Part shown: piece by piece, positions 45,303 to 55,273 of the stretch
Position numbering within the stretch: the first letter of the stretch is position 1
Layout: each line of letters starts with the position of its first letter
IMG/VR virus record: IMGVR_UViG_3300028920_000023
From: a virus
Taxonomy: Duplodnaviria; Caudoviricetes
Strand: one strand, 5' to 3'
DNA length: 64,000 bases
Position numbers and translations under genes: made by a program
The notes under the pieces: generated by a model
The model's database searches: none
What the model was told of the DNA's origin: nothing
Seen by the model: the letters and a program-made list of their open reading frames with translations, nothing else

Positions 45303-47240
45303 TCAAGAAAGATTTCTATACTTAGATATCAGAGCATTATGCCTATCACGAACCCTCTTAGACATATTCTGAGAACATAAAGACTTCTCAATTTCTTTAT
45401 TCTTATCATGCAAAGAAATCCAACCATGCGTACGACCATGATGCAAATGAATCAAATCAATAGTTCTCTCATTACAAAATTCACAATTTTTAGATAATCT
45501 ATCAAAAAATTCCGTATCCTCATTTCCATATCCAACAAAAGACTCACAAAAGCCACCAATCTTAATAAAAACGTCACGTCTAACCGCTAAGGAACCACCC
45601 TCAAAATAACTTACAGAACGATCCATCCTCAATGAATCATTAACCTTCCCCTCACTGTGCACTCTATTCGTGGAAGGACGATCCATATACAGAACAGACT
45701 TCCCCACATGTGCAGCTTCAAAATTATCCAACAATCTAGACATCGTACTAGTATAACTAGCATGTACCAACATATCCGCATCATGTAAAATAATCTTATT
45801 CTGAGTAGACAACGAAAAACCATAATTAAAAGCCAAAGCCTTCGTGAAAGGCTGCTTTGGACTAGAGCCCCTCACCAACACCTTCCTAATACTAGCAAAC
45901 TCCGGACAAGACACCCTAGCAACATCATCCTGCTCAACAAAAATAATCTCAATAAACGGATACCTCTGCGCCTTAATATTCAGCAAAACATCCCTAATGC
46001 AAGCCGCCCTATCTTGTTCCCTGCTCTGAAAAGGGACAATATAGGTGACCCCAGGCACCTTGCTGGCGTCCCCCTGCTCCACACGAATCCTGCCCGCATT
46101 ACCAGACACATCATTAAAATAACCACGAGCCCTATTAAGATGCTTACCTCTCTCCTCAGTCGAAGAAGCTTCACCATGAATCTTAAAAAATTTCTCACTA
46201 CCAACAACATCATGATAACCACGAGGCTGAATACCAGATCTAGACACCCTCTGCGACCAATCCACATGCTCCATACCATAAACACCAAACTTCTCATCAA
46301 AATAACCAACCTTGTCAAACGCCACATGATCCAAAGCCATCACCGCACCATGTGGCTTAGCATTAATAGTCTGAATCTTAATACCATCAATATTCTTAAA
46401 AGTTCCCTCCGAATCTTTAGCACCATAAACACCATTCTGACGCATACAAAAATGATGATACTTCGTAATCTTCATAGCATTCACATAAAAACCAGCCCAC
46501 CCATCCCTCAATACCTCAACATCATCATTCAAAAGAATCTTATAAGTAAACCTACTCAAACACTGCAATAACCTATTCGCATTCCCAGCAATACCGATCC
46601 TATTATCATTCTTAAGGACCGTAATGCCCTTAACCGTGCTAAGATAATTCTTAACATCAGGCTGAGTAGACTCATCACTAACAATAACGGTAACCCTAGA
46701 CAAATCCGTATGCTTTTGTATCGAATTCAGCAATCTACGGATCGTATGCAATCTGTTATAACTAAGAATACCAACACCAATATCATTCGAGACAGGAACA
46801 GTAACTTTAGAAATCAATTGCTTATAATAATTAGTTGATTCAGAAGCCCTAGCCAACGTAGAACCAACAATCCTACGCTGCTTAGTAGCCCTCCTTAGAC
46901 TCCCAATATCCGGTTTTTTCGACCCAGACCTAGCAGAAGTAGCTTCCTTCTTAATATTCAACAGATATTGCCGCTTCTCGCGTTTCTGCTGTCTCCTCTT
47001 CTCTAAAATAGCTCTCCTATTCTGTACATTCCCAGCAGCCTGTACAACCTCGTTCTTTACAGGCTTATTCTTAACCTGTTTATCATTAATACGAAGATAC
47101 CTAGGAACATACCTAGTAAAATACTTTGGAAGATATTTCTTTTCATTCTTGCCAAACTGTATTGGTTTGGCATCCGGAGGTGGTCCGGTTAATGTTATAA
47201 TCCTATTGTGAATATTCGCAAACTCAAAGTACTCACTCAT
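45303..47240 (-). CDS. tandem glycosyltransferase (GT2-type + GT2/GT7-like domain) with basic N-terminus
   Basis: GILSYNR, IVSDES, LLNDDVEV, YFDEKFGVYG.EH.D; second domain YIVPF, LHDADML, GFCESFVGYGNED.EF. Confidence 0.85.
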   Translation of the reverse strand: MSEYFEFANIHNRIITLTGPPPDAKPIQFGKNEKKYLPKYFTRYVPRYLRINDKQVKNKPVKNEVVQAAGNVQNRRAILEKRRQQKREKRQYLLNIKKEATSARSGSKKPDIGSLRRATKQRRIVGSTLARASESTNYYKQLISKVTVPVSNDIGVGILSYNRLHTIRRLLNSIQKHTDLSRVTVIVSDESTQPDVKNYLSTVKGITVLKNDNRIGIAGNANRLLQCLSRFTYKILLNDDVEVLRDGWAGFYVNAMKITKYHHFCMRQNGVYGAKDSEGTFKNIDGIKIQTINAKPHGAVMALDHVAFDKVGYFDEKFGVYGMEHVDWSQRVSRSGIQPRGYHDVVGSEKFFKIHGEASSTEERGKHLNRARGYFNDVSGNAGRIRVEQGDASKVPGVTYIVPFQSREQDRAACIRDVLLNIKAQRYPFIEIIFVEQDDVARVSCPEFASIRKVLVRGSSPKQPFTKALAFNYGFSLSTQNKIILHDADMLVHASYTSTMSRLLDNFEAAHVGKSVLYMDRPSTNRVHSEGKVNDSLRMDRSVSYFEGGSLAVRRDVFIKIGGFCESFVGYGNEDTEFFDRLSKNCEFCNERTIDLIHLHHGRTHGWISLHDKNKEIEKSLCSQNMSKRVRDRHNALISKYRNLS

Positions 47241-47757
47241 AAGCCATCCCGATGATTTCTCTCAAACCGGAAATATCCGGCTCATCATTATTATCTATGA
47301 CCAAACTGCCATCGGAAAACTCAGACAGTTGCGGCCGACTTATGCTAAACTTCTTTTTATATTTATCAATAACGGACTCTGGTAACCAATCTGCGCTAGC
47401 TCTTTCCTTACAAACAGACAGATCGGCATCTACCCACACATAAATGACCATCCTGTCATAATTCTTAGCCAATTGAAAATATGGCTTCATAGACAAATAA
47501 CTTGCACATGCAGTATCGTATAACACCACCGGATTATCCTTCTCCAAACATTCCTTCAATACATCCAGAGACACCTCCCACACATCTAAATTCTCTTCCC
47601 TCTTCTCACTCTCAGTTAATGTATCGTACTTATCACTACGAAACTTCTTAGGATCAATAACACACTCAGGAAATCCTTCCGTAGCTAATCTGGCTACGTG
47701 AGATTTCCCACAAAAAGGGTATCCAGCCATGAAAATGGCCAGTTTCACAGATGACAT
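47233..47757 (-). CDS. P-loop kinase (AAA_33/PNK-like)
   Basis: MAGYPFCGKS Walker A, VLYDTAC, DADLSVCKER. Confidence 0.75.
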   Translation of the reverse strand: MSSVKLAIFMAGYPFCGKSHVARLATEGFPECVIDPKKFRSDKYDTLTESEKREENLDVWEVSLDVLKECLEKDNPVVLYDTACASYLSMKPYFQLAKNYDRMVIYVWVDADLSVCKERASADWLPESVIDKYKKKFSISRPQLSEFSDGSLVIDNNDEPDISGLREIIGMAYE

Positions 47758-47773
47758 AATAATCTCCTAATAT

Positions 47774-48067
47774 TTAACCAATTGCACACGAGTATTCAGG
47801 CTGTTCAGGCTGTTCCATATCATTATCAGACCGACCATTTGACTGCAATTGGTCAACCAACTCATCACTATAAACCCTCATAGACTCACAGAATATCGGC
47901 AATACATCATCCTCATCAATACTCAAGTCCTTAGCAATATACCTCTTGTTATAGCCCTGCGAAATCAAAGCACTAATATATTGGAAAATTTCTCCCGGAC
48001 TCATCCTAGAAGACAGAGGTTCATCAATAGATTTAGCTATTTCAACAACTTCTGCATTTTCACTCAT
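47774..48067 (-). CDS. hypothetical protein
   Basis: 97 aa in operon. Confidence 0.5.
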   Translation of the reverse strand: MSENAEVVEIAKSIDEPLSSRMSPGEIFQYISALISQGYNKRYIAKDLSIDEDDVLPIFCESMRVYSDELVDQLQSNGRSDNDMEQPEQPEYSCAIG

Positions 48068-48438
48068 AGCCCCATTTCCCCATAAGGGTGATCCATGCTA
48101 GTCGTGGCCGCATAGACAGACCTGTCATTAAAACCCTTCTGAGTCTTCTTCCTAGAATTCTTAGCATCAACAGTCTGCCAAACCTGGTCCATAGTGTTTA
48201 CTTGCTTCCGTTTAAGATCAGATTTCTTATTCTCATCTACCTTATTCCTAGGACGATCCTTCTCCGGAGTAAGGACAGACAAATAACCATCATCCTCCAA
48301 TCTCTTGCTTTTCCATCTTTTCTTTTGAGGTTTACCGAAAGACCCACCAGGACCAATATCAACAGATCCAGTAGTTAATGATTCATGTAACAGACTTAAT
48401 TTCACGGCGAATAACCCCATACATAGGAACAAGAACAT
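48064..48438 (-). CDS. hypothetical protein
   Basis: Basic small ORF; start uncertain. Confidence 0.45.
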   Translation of the reverse strand: MFLFLCMGLFAVKLSLLHESLTTGSVDIGPGGSFGKPQKKRWKSKRLEDDGYLSVLTPEKDRPRNKVDENKKSDLKRKQVNTMDQVWQTVDAKNSRKKTQKGFNDRSVYAATTSMDHPYGEMGL

Positions 48439-48964
48439 CTTCTCTATTCATAAGTTTGAATTTAGAAGGCTTCAATACCACATCACCGGAATAATCCCCA
48501 ATACCATCACAAAGCATCTTCCTATTGTCCTCATCCAAAACCAGCGGCTTCCCAATTTGCTTCTGAACAGGAATTCTCTTACCCATAAAATCCTGCAACC
48601 ACCCAGGACCACAATACTTATTCATATCCCATCGAATATCAACAAGCAAAATATCACTAGAACACGAAAAATACAAGATACACTTATCAATATTAATAGC
48701 CGACAATATTGCCAAAGCACTCCTCATATAATCAGACATAATCTCATTAATATAATCAGACAAATCGCCCATACTATTAACATCAATAATATTACCAGAA
48801 AAATCAGATAACCTAATCCCAACATCCCCAGAATCTCTAACCACAGTAACGGCCACACCCTCATCAGGATATGCCTCTAGAACATAACAATAAACATTAT
48901 TCAATTCCTTAACATCTCTCAGATCATATAACCTATGATATGGAAGAGGATCGGGGATAATCAT
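48383..48964 (-). CDS. hypothetical protein, weak resemblance to the ligase nucleotidyltransferase fold
   Basis: LLVDI and GDVVLKP resemble ligase motifs IIIa/IV; no KxDG. Confidence 0.5.
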   Translation of the reverse strand: MIIPDPLPYHRLYDLRDVKELNNVYCYVLEAYPDEGVAVTVVRDSGDVGIRLSDFSGNIIDVNSMGDLSDYINEIMSDYMRSALAILSAINIDKCILYFSCSSDILLVDIRWDMNKYCGPGWLQDFMGKRIPVQKQIGKPLVLDEDNRKMLCDGIGDYSGDVVLKPSKFKLMNREDVLVPMYGVIRREIKSVT

Positions 48965-49275
48965 GCTTTAAAATACCAAATATTATCTTGTTGAACATGA
49001 TACTCTCCTCTCGCCGAACTTTGTATTTTAGACATTTTTATTGCCCTAATGTTCTTGTCATAATCATTCTGATCCATAGTCATAAGTAGAGACGGAAAAG
49101 CTTCGGTCAGAACGAAGATCTCATTAACACCAATAGAACTGATTATACCAACCCACTTCCCGAACCATCCATACCAAAAAATCAAATCACCAACCCTAGG
49201 CTCCCACTTGTGCAACGGGGCATATCTGGCCAATTCCATCTCGGCTGATCGTGGAGAGATTCTTGATCCCGGCAT
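48961..49275 (-). CDS. hypothetical protein
   Basis: 104 aa, coupled to neighbours. Confidence 0.55.
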   Translation of the reverse strand: MPGSRISPRSAEMELARYAPLHKWEPRVGDLIFWYGWFGKWVGIISSIGVNEIFVLTEAFPSLLMTMDQNDYDKNIRAIKMSKIQSSARGEYHVQQDNIWYFKA

Positions 49276-49730
49276 TATTTCTCCACCCTAAAAACTTTTT
49301 TGGTATAGGGATCATACTCAAACGAACCTTCTTGCAGGTCCCATCTAATTCTAAGACCTTTTCTTTTACCACCAAGCCTATTTCGAATCAGATTATCTAC
49401 ATCGAATTTAAGACTATCGATATCCCAATTTACAAGATCTATAGGCTCGATAATCCCTTCTCTTTCTGCAGTTTTATATTCCTCAACCATCTTACTTAGG
49501 GCTTCTTTTCTTTTTTTGACCTTATCAAATCCAGTAATTAACATATCATGGAGACTAGCATCATTACTCTGGCCATTGACTTTATCGCCGTTTATACTTA
49601 CAGTAAACTCAACTTTACCAGAATTGTTTCTTCTAAAATTATCTAGGACTTTTTTGATGTCCGATAATGTCGATACCTCTATAGATGCGAATCGTTCTTC
49701 GAATTTTTTATTCTTCTGTTGAATCTTCAT
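49275..49730 (-). CDS. hypothetical protein
   Basis: 151 aa. Confidence 0.5.
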   Translation of the reverse strand: MKIQQKNKKFEERFASIEVSTLSDIKKVLDNFRRNNSGKVEFTVSINGDKVNGQSNDASLHDMLITGFDKVKKRKEALSKMVEEYKTAEREGIIEPIDLVNWDIDSLKFDVDNLIRNRLGGKRKGLRIRWDLQEGSFEYDPYTKKVFRVEK

Positions 49731-50091
49731 AACTCTCTAGGTCCTCATTCACATGGTGCACAACTAAATGCCATTCTCTCTTATACAACTTATGTACCAA
49801 ATTAGACAACCTATGGAGGGCTAAAGATCTAATTAAAACATCCACAACAAATACTAACACCGTATCGTAACCCAAAAAAGAAGAAACAAGCGAACCCTCC
49901 AGACACCAGCCAATAGAAAGGGCAGCCCAAACAGAAAAACAATAACCACACCTAGTCACAGCCCCAAAAGACCTTGGAAACTTATTAGTTAGAAATAATC
50001 TTATTCTAAAGAAAATATCGGACTCAGTTACAAGCTCCGTAACGGCCATAACATAGAACACAGCCAGAATCCAATGACTTGCAACGATCAT
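49708..50091 (-). CDS. DUF1360-like membrane protein
   Basis: TELVT.SDIFFRIR, C.YC.SVW motif, transmembrane segments. Confidence 0.6.
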   Translation of the reverse strand: MIVASHWILAVFYVMAVTELVTESDIFFRIRLFLTNKFPRSFGAVTRCGYCFSVWAALSIGWCLEGSLVSSFLGYDTVLVFVVDVLIRSLALHRLSNLVHKLYKREWHLVVHHVNEDLESYEDSTEE

Positions 50092-50360
50092 ACCTTCACC
50101 CTATTCCTACAAATCCTATTCTGACAAATCCAAAACTTAATTAATTTCTTAATCGACGAATCATATCTACTTACCATCTTCATAGGTTTATTACATTTTG
50201 AACATGTCTTTGTTTCGTTTACTGCAAATGATCTTGTCTTTGGAGCTTTTTTCTTAATTATTATGGCTTTAGCCTTTGTAGTCTTAGGCTGTACACTATA
50301 TCCTCTTGATTTGTTTTTGTAGCTCCTAACTTTCCTAGAACCACCGCATCCACAGCCCAT
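50088..50360 (-). CDS. small basic Zn-ribbon protein (MGCGCGG...)
   Basis: MGCGCGG start, CxxC...CxxxxC; GGAGG SD. Confidence 0.6.
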   Translation of the reverse strand: MGCGCGGSRKVRSYKNKSRGYSVQPKTTKAKAIIIKKKAPKTRSFAVNETKTCSKCNKPMKMVSRYDSSIKKLIKFWICQNRICRNRVKV

Positions 50361-50371
50361 ATTAAGCCCTC

Positions 50372-51031
50372 CTATGGATCAGACTCGTGTATAATAAATT
50401 TTTCGCATTCAGATATAGACCAATCCGGCATATTAAAGAAACTATCCTTATCACAATTCTCAGAAATAAGTTTCCAATTAACAATACAAGGAATAGGAAA
50501 ACTAACAAAATATTTCTGATACGTCGTCTTAGTACCCTTTTTCTTACTACCCGTAGATTTAATCATCTTCAACCAAAACGGCTTCCGATACACCTCCAGC
50601 ACAGTCAAGGGCATATCCTGAGGATAACCAATATGTTGTAAGACAGCATAGGACATAGCAACGAAATCATTACCAACAGTTCCAGCACTAGCTCCAACCT
50701 TAAAACCCAAAAAAGGCAGTAACTGATTAGTCTTAGCATCCAAACAGGTCTGGAACCACCACTTCGTAAACTCAGCCGATTCAGGTCTGGTATTAAGCAA
50801 AGCAAGCTGAAAATCGTCTGGTCTATTCTTGGACTCTAAGCAGAATATAAAATCCTGGTTATCACAGATAACATCACCACAAAACTTATGTTCAGCAATC
50901 ACTACGCCACCTTGCTTATTAAAACCTCCGCTAGACGGAGTCTTCCTGAATTTCTCACCAGTGAAATCGGACAGCAATGAAGCCCATCTGCGTTCTCCAT
51001 AATTACCCTTGCTCTTGGATTTATTAGCCAT
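50372..51031 (-). CDS. Holliday junction resolvase (Hjc-like PD-(D/E)xK)
   Basis: SKSKGNYGER, FRKTPSSGG, GDVIC, CLESKN. Confidence 0.8.
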   Translation of the reverse strand: MANKSKSKGNYGERRWASLLSDFTGEKFRKTPSSGGFNKQGGVVIAEHKFCGDVICDNQDFIFCLESKNRPDDFQLALLNTRPESAEFTKWWFQTCLDAKTNQLLPFLGFKVGASAGTVGNDFVAMSYAVLQHIGYPQDMPLTVLEVYRKPFWLKMIKSTGSKKKGTKTTYQKYFVSFPIPCIVNWKLISENCDKDSFFNMPDWSISECEKFIIHESDP

Positions 51032-51044
51032 TATATTCTCCTAG

Positions 51045-51071
51045 AAAAACGCCCGCTTTGCGCGGGCGTTT
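51045..51071 (-). terminator. rho-independent terminator
   Basis: AAACGCCCGC/GCGGGCGTTT stem + U tract. Confidence 0.75.
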
Positions 51072-51106
51072 GATTTACTATATCTACTTACTAAAAATAA
51101 TTCTGT

Positions 51107-51652
51107 TTATGTCGACGGCTTAATCCATATGTTCGGCTTCCCAAGAGCTGCTCTGGTATCGCCGGTGTAGATGTTGGCCGCCTTCTCTAGTCCAGTAAGA
51201 AAAGCCATTATATAATCTATTTGTTGTTCAGTAAGCTTCTCATTCACATCTGGCGTAGGGAGATACACATCGAGGACAGCCGCTGCGGCAACTATCGCAT
51301 CCAGCGCTTCTTGAGGTAAATTTTTAAACAATGACGAATTGACAAACTCTTGTATTTCCTGAGATGATTTAAGTTTCCCATCACCTTGTATCCAAGGTTT
51401 TATTTGTTCCGAAATGTTCTTAGCTAATTTAGTAGCAGCTTCCTTGCAAGCAGCAGGATCAGCATCATTCCATTTCTTGAATCCATATTCAGCAGCTTTC
51501 ATAACCCCTATCTGGATTCCCAGCACTATTTCTTCGTGATGCTTCTTGATAATATCTGATGCATTATCCCCACATCCAACCAATAAAGCCGGGGGCAATA
51601 CTATAAAGAAACATAATGAGCAAAGCACAAGTGCCTTTCCAAGTCTGTTCAT
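51107..51652 (-). CDS. lipoprotein
   Basis: Signal peptide with lipobox LLVG-C. Confidence 0.7.
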   Translation of the reverse strand: MNRLGKALVLCSLCFFIVLPPALLVGCGDNASDIIKKHHEEIVLGIQIGVMKAAEYGFKKWNDADPAACKEAATKLAKNISEQIKPWIQGDGKLKSSQEIQEFVNSSLFKNLPQEALDAIVAAAAVLDVYLPTPDVNEKLTEQQIDYIMAFLTGLEKAANIYTGDTRAALGKPNIWIKPST

Positions 51653-51663
51653 CGTCTTCTCCT

Positions 51664-52077
51664 TTATCTGACGACCGTACTTAACAACCCGAGAGCAACA
51701 TTAGTACCCAATCGTTTTGCCAAATCCACCCAAAATCTTCTTACTTCCTGTATCTTCTTAGCATATTGGTCCATTTGTATCGCTGTTACTTTGGACATTT
51801 CCACTAGCTCATCCGTATCAATCTTAGAATAGAGTTCCTCCAGAGCATCTAAATCTTCGCCCTTTGACTTATGTATCAAGAAAAGCTGGAAGGTCTCAAA
51901 TCCCACAGAAAGCAAATGGCATTGATTATTCTTGATGAAATCGACAGTATCTGCAGTAATGGTAGTTACGATTTCTTCTCCAGACGGCAAATTAAAGGTC
52001 AGTTTGCCATCGTCAGATAGGGCTTGGTCAAGCACCTGCAATAAGTTTACGACCCATCCTCTTTCTGATGTAGACAT
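51664..52077 (-). CDS. hypothetical helical protein
   Basis: 137 aa between two lipoproteins. Confidence 0.6.
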   Translation of the reverse strand: MSTSERGWVVNLLQVLDQALSDDGKLTFNLPSGEEIVTTITADTVDFIKNNQCHLLSVGFETFQLFLIHKSKGEDLDALEELYSKIDTDELVEMSKVTAIQMDQYAKKIQEVRRFWVDLAKRLGTNVALGLLSTVVR

Positions 52078-52080
52078 TAA

Positions 52081-52341
52081 TCACCTATCTGGTTTGTCTA
52101 TATCGACTTCCGACAACGTCTTATCAGGCTTCCAATTAGTGATTTCCCTATCTAATGCCTGGTAAGTCAGGGCAGCATTCCTGATCATTTGTTGTTCTTG
52201 TTGTCGGTTTGTCTTACCTTCATCCATTCTTTTGGAAAATTCTCTATAGATAACGTGTTGGTTCCTAATGTTTCTTACTGTTTCTTTGGATACGCTTTTA
52301 CAGCCAGGTAGCAATAATATAAGTAGGACTACGTACCTCAT
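52081..52341 (-). CDS. small lipoprotein
   Basis: MRYVVLLILLLPG-C lipobox. Confidence 0.65.
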   Translation of the reverse strand: MRYVVLLILLLPGCKSVSKETVRNIRNQHVIYREFSKRMDEGKTNRQQEQQMIRNAALTYQALDREITNWKPDKTLSEVDIDKPDR

Positions 52342-52601
52342 GTTACCTTCTTTGTTATTATCAGCGATTGGAAGATCTGCACAGGTTGGAAATCGCTAGC
52401 AGCTTCCAATTCTAGGTACGTTTTGATGTCTGGATTGTTGCTCGTATTTGGTATTGTATCATCAGCCAACACCCTGTGTTGGGTGTCAAAGTGTAAGTTC
52501 TCTTGTATAGATCTGCTACCGGAGCTTCTGGTGTAGACTTCGCCCGTCCGTGTATCGACATGTAGAAGACCAATATTAGCTACGTGAACCTCGACAGCCA
52601 T
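52338..52601 (-). CDS. hypothetical protein
   Basis: 87 aa, coupled to neighbours. Confidence 0.55.
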   Translation of the reverse strand: MAVEVHVANIGLLHVDTRTGEVYTRSSGSRSIQENLHFDTQHRVLADDTIPNTSNNPDIKTYLELEAASDFQPVQIFQSLIITKKVT

Positions 52602-53470
52602 TACTTATCTCCATTAAACATTACTTTGAACGGGTGTGCAAGCTTACTTATCTCGGCATTAAGCCCCCTCACCTTATATCTTTGAATCTCTTTATGTAAT
52701 TTGCTCATATCCAAAGATACCTTCTCAGAAAGTACTTCGGAGATATATTTGATATTTATAAGCAAATTTGGATTAATTGATAAATCAATGATCGCACGGT
52801 TCATAAGATATACTTCCTCGTCATGCGACTTAAAAAATTCTTTTCTCTTGGCATAATCACCAATAATCTTTTTAGCAGTAACAGGACCAATTTTGTGGTA
52901 TCCAACAATATTATCAGATTTGTCCCCTACAAAGACCTTCTGTTCAATCGGGTTTACATCATCCGTTGGATCATATAATCTCTTAGATTTGTTGTTGGGG
53001 CTAAAGAGGTCAACGCCTTTATACTCAAAAGCAATCTGCCTCAGATCACCGTCACTGCTGATAATAATTATTTTGTCAGAAGGACATTGCCTACAAAAAG
53101 CATAAATGAGATCATCTGCTTCTTGATTTTCTAACATATAATTCCTACAACCAAGAACATTCGTTAAAGCCTCTACAACTTCACAACAATTTTCAACAAG
53201 ATTATTAATTTCCTCTTTATCGTATTTCCCACTCCTGCTCGTATCTCTACCTTCTTTATAACTTTCTAGGAGTTGCTTCCTCCAGACTTTCTTTCTTTTA
53301 CAATCCCAGAAGATATGCACATTTTGTGGTTTGAATTTCCTAAGATATGTCGATACAAACCTGAAAAATACAACCGCAGAATGGGCCTTAAAATTTGGAT
53401 CCGATAACCCTGCATAAATAGCTCGATACGTACAATTTCTACCATCAATTAGCATGTGATCATACATCAT
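52601..53470 (-). CDS. 5'-3' exonuclease / T4 RNase H-like flap endonuclease
   Basis: LIDG.N, FWD..W, YKEGR, EADDLI, ISSDGD..Q, GDKSDNI.G. Confidence 0.9.
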   Translation of the reverse strand: MMYDHMLIDGRNCTYRAIYAGLSDPNFKAHSAVVFFRFVSTYLRKFKPQNVHIFWDCKRKKVWRKQLLESYKEGRDTSRSGKYDKEEINNLVENCCEVVEALTNVLGCRNYMLENQEADDLIYAFCRQCPSDKIIIISSDGDLRQIAFEYKGVDLFSPNNKSKRLYDPTDDVNPIEQKVFVGDKSDNIVGYHKIGPVTAKKIIGDYAKRKEFFKSHDEEVYLMNRAIIDLSINPNLLINIKYISEVLSEKVSLDMSKLHKEIQRYKVRGLNAEISKLAHPFKVMFNGDK

Positions 53471-53485
53471 ATTATCCTTTAATTT

Positions 53486-53510
53486 AAAGCCCCACGGAAT
53501 GTGGGGCTTT
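53486..53510. terminator. hairpin after the SSB gene
   Basis: AAAGCCCCAC/GTGGGGCTTT 10-bp stem. Confidence 0.7.
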
Positions 53511-53528
53511 GTCGATCATCCAGGATGC

Positions 53529-54680
53529 TTATTTCTTTGCCTTCTTAGCCCTGATTCTGGCCAATAGATCCTTTACGTCCGGATCTCCCTCTGGCTCCTT
53601 CTCCGGTTCCTTCTCCTTCTCCGGCTCTGGTTCCTTCTCCGGCTCCTTCTCCGGTTCTGGCTCCTTCTCCGGCTCTGGTTCCTTCTCCGGCTCCGGCTCT
53701 GGCTCCGGCTCCTTCTCCGGTTCTGGTTCCTTCTTTTCTTCGGCTACCGGCTCATCATCAGGCAAACCGCTCTTGTCTATCTCGCCAGCTTTCGTACTAC
53801 CAAGATTCTGTGTGGCGGCGGATGTCTTATCACGCGGTTTAGACTTCGTGGCATCGATGCTCTCATCCTCATCATCGTCACCACCACCAAGCAACTCATC
53901 TACGACCTTTTCAATCTTGTCGGGGTCACGGGCTTGGAACTTGTCCTGCAAGATATGTCTTTGAGCTAAAATCTGCCCCACCTTATCCTTAACCTCCTCG
54001 AAACCATCCTTTGTCTCTTCTGAGAGAAGATGCCCCAGACTGGAGACTACAAAGCCAGACTCCTCATAATTATTATATTCGTTTTTGTTTTTGATTGATA
54101 CCTTAAAAGCATAACCCTCTTCTGGATAGAAGAAAAGACCATGAGCCTTAGGATCGATCTCATCCCCACAATCATCATTCATAAGACACTCATCACACTT
54201 ATCATAAATCGTCTTGGGAAGATTCCACCACATCACCTTCCCTCTAACTTCCTCCGGATTTGCTTTGATATCCGGAAAATACACATTAACAGCATAATAT
54301 ACGCGAGATAAATACGTCCTGGCAATCTCGCTTCTCTTCTTTTCGTCTTTCTCTTCGTCAAGAAGATCAAAACCCAACTGACATATGGCGCAATCCCCAT
54401 TGTCATGCGCTCTAGGACATTCTAACTTCAAACGCTTACCTGCCGCTCCCAGCCAGTGGTTCCCATTTTCATAGAACCAATTATCCAGGGCTTTATCTTC
54501 GGGGCAAGTTCCCGTCACACACTTCTCGCCAGCTTCCAATGGCGGCAAAAACCGTATGTAGTAGGTCTTCTTGTCTTCCTTGACGCGGGGAGGACGGAAT
54601 TCCGTTGGGTCTTTTCTTCTGGTATTACGTTCCTCTCGCTTCTTCCGCATCCGGTTTAACATATCTTTCTTGCTAATCAT
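53529..54680 (-). CDS. single-stranded DNA-binding protein (T4 gp32-like)
   Basis: IRFLPP, HW..CPR..C.IC zinc site, YYAVNVY, GKVMWW, GY.F.V.I, NYE.S.F. Confidence 0.8.
   Translation of the reverse strand: MISKKDMLNRMRKKREERNTRRKDPTEFRPPRVKEDKKTYYIRFLPPLEAGEKCVTGTCPEDKALDNWFYENGNHWLGAAGKRLKLECPRAHDNGDCAICQLGFDLLDEEKDEKKRSEIARTYLSRVYYAVNVYFPDIKANPEEVRGKVMWWNLPKTIYDKCDECLMNDDCGDEIDPKAHGLFFYPEEGYAFKVSIKNKNEYNNYEESGFVVSSLGHLLSEETKDGFEEVKDKVGQILAQRHILQDKFQARDPDKIEKVVDELLGGGDDDEDESIDATKSKPRDKTSAATQNLGSTKAGEIDKSGLPDDEPVAEEKKEPEPEKEPEPEPEPEKEPEPEKEPEPEKEPEKEPEPEKEKEPEKEPEGDPDVKDLLARIRAKKAKK
53575..53740 (-). repeat. Pro-Glu-Lys low-complexity coding repeat (EPEKEPEPE)
   Basis: Tandem GAG CCG/CCA GAG AAG units in the SSB tail. 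Confidence 0.9.
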
Positions 54681-54690
54681 GGAGGGTCTC

Positions 54691-55167
54691 CTATGCTCTT
54701 TTGTGTTCTTCTCTTTTAAATCCTGCTAAACTACGCAGACTCTCTGACTTGCGAAACAAAGCATTAACAATCGCTCTAACCTGGTTTTCCCTCTTTTGGA
54801 AAGCAATGAGTTGAGCAGATTCAGCCATCATGCGATTATCGGAATTCACAATATCGCGCATGATCTGAACGCTGATCCTGACATTGGTTTCCTCAGCCTT
54901 TTTCCTTATTTCATCAAGTATATCAGCCCGAATAGCCTCCTTTCTACTTTCTATGGTTGCAACTTCCGCTTTGACTTCTGCCAAAACTAAATCCCAAAAA
55001 GCCATGATCTCTGGAATCTCAGCCAGTTGTCTCTCTAAATCATCATAATCGATCCTAATATCAGGACGAATATCACGATGTATAAGAGAACGCTTCGGCA
55101 ACTTAACACGAATGTTAAACAGCCATTCAGACAAATCAGCATCAATGTTCCTAGTAATCCAACTCAT
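54691..55167 (-). CDS. UvsY-like recombination mediator
   Basis: [12 protein letters not shown]....FW..V, coiled coil, AL.RK.E.LR.L; adjacent to the SSB gene. Confidence 0.55.
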   Translation of the reverse strand: MSWITRNIDADLSEWLFNIRVKLPKRSLIHRDIRPDIRIDYDDLERQLAEIPEIMAFWDLVLAEVKAEVATIESRKEAIRADILDEIRKKAEETNVRISVQIMRDIVNSDNRMMAESAQLIAFQKRENQVRAIVNALFRKSESLRSLAGFKREEHKRA

Positions 55168-55273
55168 TGAAACCTCAGGATGGTCAAATGGATAGAAGTT
55201 CTGGGGAAGACCTTCTCACCATCCAACCTAGTAATCGCAAAATCGCTAAACTAATCGTTTACTCGTTAACTCG

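Noticed and set aside
53509-53964. Plus-strand ORF with SGSGSF repeats
   Set aside because: It is the reverse complement of the SSB EPEK repeat.
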